The notes under the pieces were generated by a model. It was given only the letters and a program-made list of their open reading frames with translations. It had not been told where the DNA came from and did not search any database. Below are positions 59,073-64,000 of a stretch of 64,000 nucleotides of DNA, piece after piece (position 1 is the first letter of the stretch; every line of letters starts with the position of its first letter). The translations under genes and the position numbers were made by a program. The DNA comes from an uncultured Bryobacterales bacterium (GTDB lineage Bacteria > Acidobacteriota > Terriglobia > Bryobacterales > UBA6623). The stretch lies in contig CAYWUV010000025.1 of the NCBI GenBank assembly GCA_964461235.1, positions 3,901 through 67,900 on the forward strand, written 5' to 3'.

Positions 59073-60944
59073 GTGGTGGCTACCGAATGCGAACAAGGGC
59101 CTCACTGGCCCTCGCGACAGGCCAGCGAACGGCGCACGAGGATTGGCATTTGCGAGGGGCTTGGACGCCAATGGAATCGGGTGCGGACCCTCAGGTTATT
59201 CGGGTGTAGGGTTCTTGCGCCCATTGGTGCAAGCTTGGCTTGGGGATGCGGCACAGTCGAACCTCCAGTTCCAGAGACGTTGAGTCAACAGGCGATTTTT
59301 CGAGAGGTCGCCAGCGAGACCGGGTTGAACTTCCGGCACTTCATAGGCTCGACCGGTGAGTTCTTCCTGCCGGAAATCATGGGGGCCGGGGGCGCCCTCC
59401 TTGACTACGATGCTGATGGAGACTTGGATGTCTATCTTCTCCAAGGTGCCCTGCTCGATCCAACTAGTTCGACAGACTCCCTGCGTTATCCGCCCCCAAA
59501 AGGGCATTGGCCAGGAAACCGATTGTTTCGCAACGAACTCCTGCCCAGCGGAAACCTGAGGTTCACAGACGTCACAGCCAAGGCCGAAGTCGGCCACCAA
59601 GGATACTCCCAAGGTGTCGCCATCGGCGATTTCGACAATGATGGAGATGCCGATATATATTTGACGAACTTCGGCCCGAACGTTCTGTATCGGAACGACG
59701 CCGACGGAACGTTCTCGGAGATCACCGGGCAATCGGGAGTTGACGATTCCCGCTGGAGCGCCAGCGCGGCCTTTCTTGACTACGACCGGGACGGAGCCCT
59801 AGACCTGTTCCTCACGAACTACGTCGACTTCACAGTCAGAAACAACAAGGCCTGCTACGATCCTACCGGCAGGCGGGACTATTGCAACCCTGCACTATAC
59901 GGACCGGTTCCCGACAGGCTATTTCACAACGAGGGAACCGGACGCTTCAGGGACGTCTCAGAATCAGCAGGTATCGGGAAGGCCTTCGGAAACGGGCTGG
60001 GCGTAGTCTGCGCAGATTTCGATTCCGACGGCTGGATCGATATCTATGTCGCCAATGACGGCAACCCCAACCAACTATGGCGCAACAAGGGAAATGGCAC
60101 TTTCGAGGATGTTGCCCTCATGTCAGGCGTTGCTTACAACGCAGATGGGCTCGCCGAAGCAAGCATGGGCCTTGCGGCCGGTGACTTCGACAAAGACGGC
60201 GACGAAGACCTGTTTGTCAGCCACTTAGCCTTCGAAACGAACACGCTCTACGTAAACAACGGTTCGGGTTCATTTCATGACGCTACGAATCACGCGATCC
60301 TCGGAGGTGCCAGCATGACATTTACTGGCTTTGGCACTGGCTTTCTTGATTACGATAACGACGGTTGGCTCGATGTGTACGTGGCTAGCGGCGCTGTAAC
60401 GAATATTGCTTCCCTAAGGGCGTCTGGCTACCCGTTCCACCAAAGAAACCAGTTGTTTCGAGGCCTCGGGCGAGGTCAATTCGAGGAAATCCGTCCTCTC
60501 TCCGGCTCTGCGCTCGCGTTGTCTGAGGTTAGTCGGGGCGCGGCTTTCGGAGATGTGGATCTGGATGGCGATGTCGACGTTCTAGTCACCAACAATAACG
60601 GACCGGTTAGGCTTCTGCTGAATGAGGTTGGATCGAGTCGCGAGTCGCTGAGCGTACGCCTGGAAGGAGTGGAAAGCAATCCTGAGGGAATCGGTGCGCG
60701 TGTTGCGGTGTTACGCAACGGGCAAGCGCCCTTGTGGAAGCGAGTGCATAGCGATGGCAGCTATTTCAGTTCTAGCGACGCGACGCTCCACTTTGGGCTC
60801 GGCGACGACACATCCCCCTTCAGGATCGAGGTGGATTGGCCTAGCGGTAAGCGGGAGATTTGGCACGACGTTCTCCCCGGGAAGATCAAACTACGCGAAG
60901 GTACAGGGGAACAGCGGCAAGTGGACGCCATCAGGCGGGACTAG
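59073..60944 (+). CDS. CRTAC1-family protein (FG-GAP/VCBS repeats + ASPIC/UnbV C-terminal domain)
   Basis: Repeats DYDADGDLDVYL, GDFDNDGDADIYLTN, DYDRDGALDLFLTN, ADFDSDGWIDIYVAND, GDFDKDGDEDLFVSH, DYDNDGWLDVYV, GDVDLDGDVDVLVTNNNG. C-terminus GIGARVAV..SYFSSSDATLHFGLG. Starts 3 nt after the TPR gene. Confidence 0.85.
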   Translation: MVATECEQGPHWPSRQASERRTRIGICEGLGRQWNRVRTLRLFGCRVLAPIGASLAWGCGTVEPPVPETLSQQAIFREVASETGLNFRHFIGSTGEFFLPEIMGAGGALLDYDADGDLDVYLLQGALLDPTSSTDSLRYPPPKGHWPGNRLFRNELLPSGNLRFTDVTAKAEVGHQGYSQGVAIGDFDNDGDADIYLTNFGPNVLYRNDADGTFSEITGQSGVDDSRWSASAAFLDYDRDGALDLFLTNYVDFTVRNNKACYDPTGRRDYCNPALYGPVPDRLFHNEGTGRFRDVSESAGIGKAFGNGLGVVCADFDSDGWIDIYVANDGNPNQLWRNKGNGTFEDVALMSGVAYNADGLAEASMGLAAGDFDKDGDEDLFVSHLAFETNTLYVNNGSGSFHDATNHAILGGASMTFTGFGTGFLDYDNDGWLDVYVASGAVTNIASLRASGYPFHQRNQLFRGLGRGQFEEIRPLSGSALALSEVSRGAAFGDVDLDGDVDVLVTNNNGPVRLLLNEVGSSRESLSVRLEGVESNPEGIGARVAVLRNGQAPLWKRVHSDGSYFSSSDATLHFGLGDDTSPFRIEVDWPSGKREIWHDVLPGKIKLREGTGEQRQVDAIRRD

Positions 60945-61168
60945 AAGCGCCCAGGTCCTTGATCCCTTGATGAAGTGCGACCAAACTCGCATGCCAAGTC
61001 GACACCACGATTGCAGAACAATCCTAGAATCGTTGAGATCACTTCGCAACCGGAATGCAACGGCTGCAATCAGCCATGCATTCATCACCGATCGTCAAGG
61101 TCACCACGTCTCGGTAGGGAGGGTCGGCCGTTCCGAGCGGTCAACCGCCACCGTCCGAGATTTCACGC

Positions 61169-61631
61169 TCATGGGCGATGCGGAACACTCCGGTCAGGTT
61201 CTGGGTAGCAATCCAGCACTGCCTTTAGCTCCTCCACCCTCTCAGGATTTCGCGCCGCGAGGTCTGTTGATTCCGTTCGGATCGTCGCGCAGATTGTAAA
61301 GACGGTAGGTTGGATTCTCCTTGTCGAAATCCCAAATGTCATAGGGGAATGGCTCGATCTACCCGGTAGCTAGATTCTTCCTTGGCAGATTCGCCACTTG
61401 TATGCTTGCCTGCGCGTTCGTGCACCTCATCCCCTCCCGTGCGAGGCGATCGCAATGTGGCGTCCGAATCCTGGTCGAGCCATATGAAAACGAATCGCTG
61501 TATCCCAGATCACCGGCGAAGATGATCACGATATTCGGTCTATTCGGTTGCGTGGCATTGCAGCAACCGAGTGCTACCGAAGCGACCTCAACGCCAACGA
61601 AACCCCATTTCCGCACCTTGTTCATGCTCAT
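61169..61631 (-). pseudogene. S1 sulfatase remnant (N-terminus joined to C-terminus, catalytic core deleted)
   Basis: Signal region + PNIVIIFAGDLGYSDSFSYGSTRIRTPHCDRLAREGMRCTNAQAS, then no CxPxR. In-frame TAG (61359-61361), then IEPFPYDIWDFDKENPTYRLYNLRDDPN, and after a +1 shift ESTDLAARNPERVEELKAVLDCY (typical sulfatase C-terminus). Confidence 0.7.
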
Positions 61632-61989
61632 AACCATCATGCAGACGGAGGTCAACGGCCAAGGCCAGCGAATTCCTGCGGAGGAAGCGCCTGTAGCCGG
61701 GGCTCCCCGACGTGCGATCAAGCCTCATCCGGGACGGAGGGGGCAGTGACAGCTATACGTGCCTGGTGGTCGGTGGCAGAACGCGGGACATGCAGGCAAG
61801 TTGCGTTGCGAACCTTGTGTGCGGAAACCATGCACACAGCTATTTCTGAGAGATGCACGGCGTGAAGCCCACGTCCGAATCCCTGTTCCGTGCTGGGCTG
61901 CCCCACAGCCGACTCCCTACGTTGACCGCGATAGGACACTCGCCGAGCACAGCACCGCGAAAACGTCAGGAGCCTCTGGAGGCGGATTG

Positions 61990-64000
61990 CTAAAAGATGT
62001 ACTTCAGTCCGAGCTGAATCACCCTCGATTGATTTGCTTGGACACTTACACGCCCAAACGTGGGAGTTGCCAAGTTGCGTCCTGGAGGATTGAACCTAGG
62101 CGTGTTGAGGGCGTTGAACATCTCGATGCGTAGTTGTATCCGATGCCCCTCGGCGATCTGCGTGTACTTGGCGATCGTGAAGTCTAAGTTCTTGGTTCCG
62201 TGCGTTCGCAAACCACCCATGCTTCGTCCAGCGCTGCCAAACGTAAACGGAGGTGGTGCAGAAAACTGGGTAGTGTCGAACCAACGGTCAATGGTGCGGG
62301 AACTTCCTAGACTAGGATTCTGCCCGGTCCAATCAGGACGCTGGCCGCCACCCTGCGAAAAGGTGGTGTTTGGCGAGGTCACCACTCCAATTGGACCGCC
62401 TGACTGGAAGGACGCGACACCCTGAATCTGCCAGCCCCCAATCAACTTTGCCAGAGCACCCTCCGCAGAGGCGCCCACCGACTTTCCCGGTCCGAACGGC
62501 AATTCCCAAACGTAGCTGAATACCATGCTGTGGGTTTGGTCATATCCCGATACGGCCCTTTCGGCCCTCAGGTTGTTCCAGTCCTGATACCCGACTTGTC
62601 CCGTAGCCTCCCCGGCGAACGCGCTCCCGACATCATCGATCAGCTTGGAGAAAGCGTACGAAGCCAGCATGGTCAGGCCAGATCCAGCTCTCTTCATAAC
62701 CTTCGCCTGGAAGGCGTGGTAGATCGAGTTGCCCCATGCCGATTGAGTCGCTGTAACTCCAGTGAAGTGCGGGAATGGGCGAAGGAGTTGGGCAAGGGGA
62801 ACAGTTCGTCTGCTGAGCGCCCCCTTGGTAATTTGGCCGAAGAAGGGATTGGGCTGCTGCCGCCTCAATTCGTTGCCCATCGCAAGAGCAGAGGTGGGCA
62901 GCTGATTCAGAACTCGACTACTCGCTATCTTCACCCCGCTGTTTGCCACGTAAGCCACGTCGAACAGCACCTGACCCGGCAGCTGGTGCTGGATATTCAA
63001 GTTCGACTGAATCGCATAGGGAGTGACTTCATTGCGATTCACGAACCTCACACCCTGGCCCAATAGGGTGGCCGCCCCCAGACTGCTTCCGGTGGGAAAC
63101 ACGATCCCGTTCGGATGCGGATCGTCAATGAAGTTGATAGGGGTGATGCCGTCCAGTGAGGCCACAAAAGCGGTGGTGGCCGAAAATCCGCTCAGTCCGC
63201 CCGCGCCGGTGCCGCTCTGGTAGGGGGCATAGGAAAGTCCGCCTCCGCCCCGAATGACAGTCAAAGGGGTGAGCTGATAGGAAAACCCGAAGCGCGGTGC
63301 GAAATTATTGAAGTCGCCATCGGTCTGGGTACGGGGCAATCCCTCTGTCGCCGGGTACTGCAACACACCACGCAGGTCCAGACCAGGCGCATCCAAGGGT
63401 ACCGCCCCTCCGTAATCGAAGTTCGTCAGCTGATCGTACCGGTCAGTCTTGCCGGCCGTAAACTCCCACCTAGCGCCCAGATTGAGCGTGAGCTTCGGAG
63501 TCACGCGATAACTGTCCTGGACGTAGAGGGCGTAATACTGGAACTGTGCCGCGATCGCAGGTGAGAATGCAGTTCTCCCTGTGAACGGAGTCCCCAAGAG
63601 CATCGAGGCGTAGCCATAGCCAGCTGTTGCACTCGCCCGTGTCGGATCCGGTCCCTGCGTAAAACCTCTGTTGAACGTGAAATCCTTCTCAGTGACCTGC
63701 CAAGTGTTACTTCGAACCAGACGGAACTCGAAGCCTGTCTTCAGGGAGTGCTTCCCTTGGACTCTCGTCAGGTTTGCGTTCCAAGAATGATTGTCCAACC
63801 CGAAGAAGATCACGTCGCTAGCTCCAAGCAAGGCGTTGTTGGCCAGATTCGGCGTGGAGAACGCTCCGGAGAATCCTTGGACGCGAATCACTGGGATACT
63901 CGCCACTTGGCTGGCGTCGGCGTAGCGCTTCGCGAACCCGTATTGACTGATGTCGGTTCCAAAGCTATGTGGCGTCCGCTCGTTGGTCAAACGGCTCATC
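61990..64000 (-). CDS. TonB-dependent receptor (paralogue of 37487-40801), 5' end outside the window
   Basis: 669 aa of beta-barrel with C-terminal SRVIQLGLKYIF. It aligns with the C-terminal two thirds of the other receptor, so the ATG at 63999 is internal and the gene runs off the window. Confidence 0.8.
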   Translation of the reverse strand, partial: MSRLTNERTPHSFGTDISQYGFAKRYADASQVASIPVIRVQGFSGAFSTPNLANNALLGASDVIFFGLDNHSWNANLTRVQGKHSLKTGFEFRLVRSNTWQVTEKDFTFNRGFTQGPDPTRASATAGYGYASMLLGTPFTGRTAFSPAIAAQFQYYALYVQDSYRVTPKLTLNLGARWEFTAGKTDRYDQLTNFDYGGAVPLDAPGLDLRGVLQYPATEGLPRTQTDGDFNNFAPRFGFSYQLTPLTVIRGGGGLSYAPYQSGTGAGGLSGFSATTAFVASLDGITPINFIDDPHPNGIVFPTGSSLGAATLLGQGVRFVNRNEVTPYAIQSNLNIQHQLPGQVLFDVAYVANSGVKIASSRVLNQLPTSALAMGNELRRQQPNPFFGQITKGALSRRTVPLAQLLRPFPHFTGVTATQSAWGNSIYHAFQAKVMKRAGSGLTMLASYAFSKLIDDVGSAFAGEATGQVGYQDWNNLRAERAVSGYDQTHSMVFSYVWELPFGPGKSVGASAEGALAKLIGGWQIQGVASFQSGGPIGVVTSPNTTFSQGGGQRPDWTGQNPSLGSSRTIDRWFDTTQFSAPPPFTFGSAGRSMGGLRTHGTKNLDFTIAKYTQIAEGHRIQLRIEMFNALNTPRFNPPGRNLATPTFGRVSVQANQSRVIQLGLKYIF

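Noticed and set aside
1443-61361. Idea that TAG (or TGA) is reassigned or read as pyrrolysine/selenocysteine because several genes contain in-frame stops.
   Set aside because: TAG terminates many intact genes at family-typical C-termini here (for example stops at 2668-2670, 7473-7475, 15116-15118 and 16624-16626). The interrupted genes also carry frameshifts, deletions or active-site substitutions. No pyl, sel or suppressor tRNA genes occur in the window. Gene-specific read-through of 4316-5677 is kept only as a low-prior alternative.

Overview
High-GC (by eye, not computed) bacterial chromosomal window, densely coding on both strands. All product calls come from motif recognition on the supplied ORF translations and my own hand translation; no searches were run.

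The gene content is typical of Acidobacteriota/Planctomycetota-type glycan-degrading heterotrophs:
- CarboxypepD_reg-type TonB-dependent receptors
- two PSD1 (DUF1549/DUF1553, CxxCH) + DUF1501 pairs
- a DUF1592 + DUF1552 pair
- five S1 sulfatase genes
- PhoD
- TPR + CRTAC1/ASPIC-UnbV

I found no rRNA, tRNA, tmRNA or CRISPR array.

Three decayed accessory patches interrupt the core:
1. About 16.7-22.8 kb: P4-type integrase, an integrase fragment, an orphan VapB-like antitoxin, a ParE-like TA pair, an IS6 left end, P2/tailocin T-U-X tail remnants, and a DUF6788 + NYN pair.
2. About 46.9-49.5 kb: a hicB fragment, an IS66 remnant, a Uma2 nuclease with 42-bp coding tandem repeats, and hicB plus a frameshifted hicA.
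3. About 54.5-57.5 kb: an XRE-ImmA fusion, a truncated PIN gene, a DUF4338 fragment, and a FolE copy lacking a zinc-ligand Cys.

Three of the five sulfatases are pseudogenes, mostly through in-frame TAG codons. TAG also terminates many intact genes here, so a recoded genetic code is unlikely.

I did not find a clear-cut, intact, obviously novel multi-gene system. The best candidates for uncharacterised biology are:
- the carbamoyltransferase-SxtJ / SGNH-TPR-DUF5989 locus
- the DUF1592-DUF1552-ankyrin operon
- the two PSD1/DUF1501 pairs
- the DUF6788/NYN pair, which has a terminator in its leader
- the zinc-ligand-less FolE

Pseudogene and fragment boundaries are approximate.
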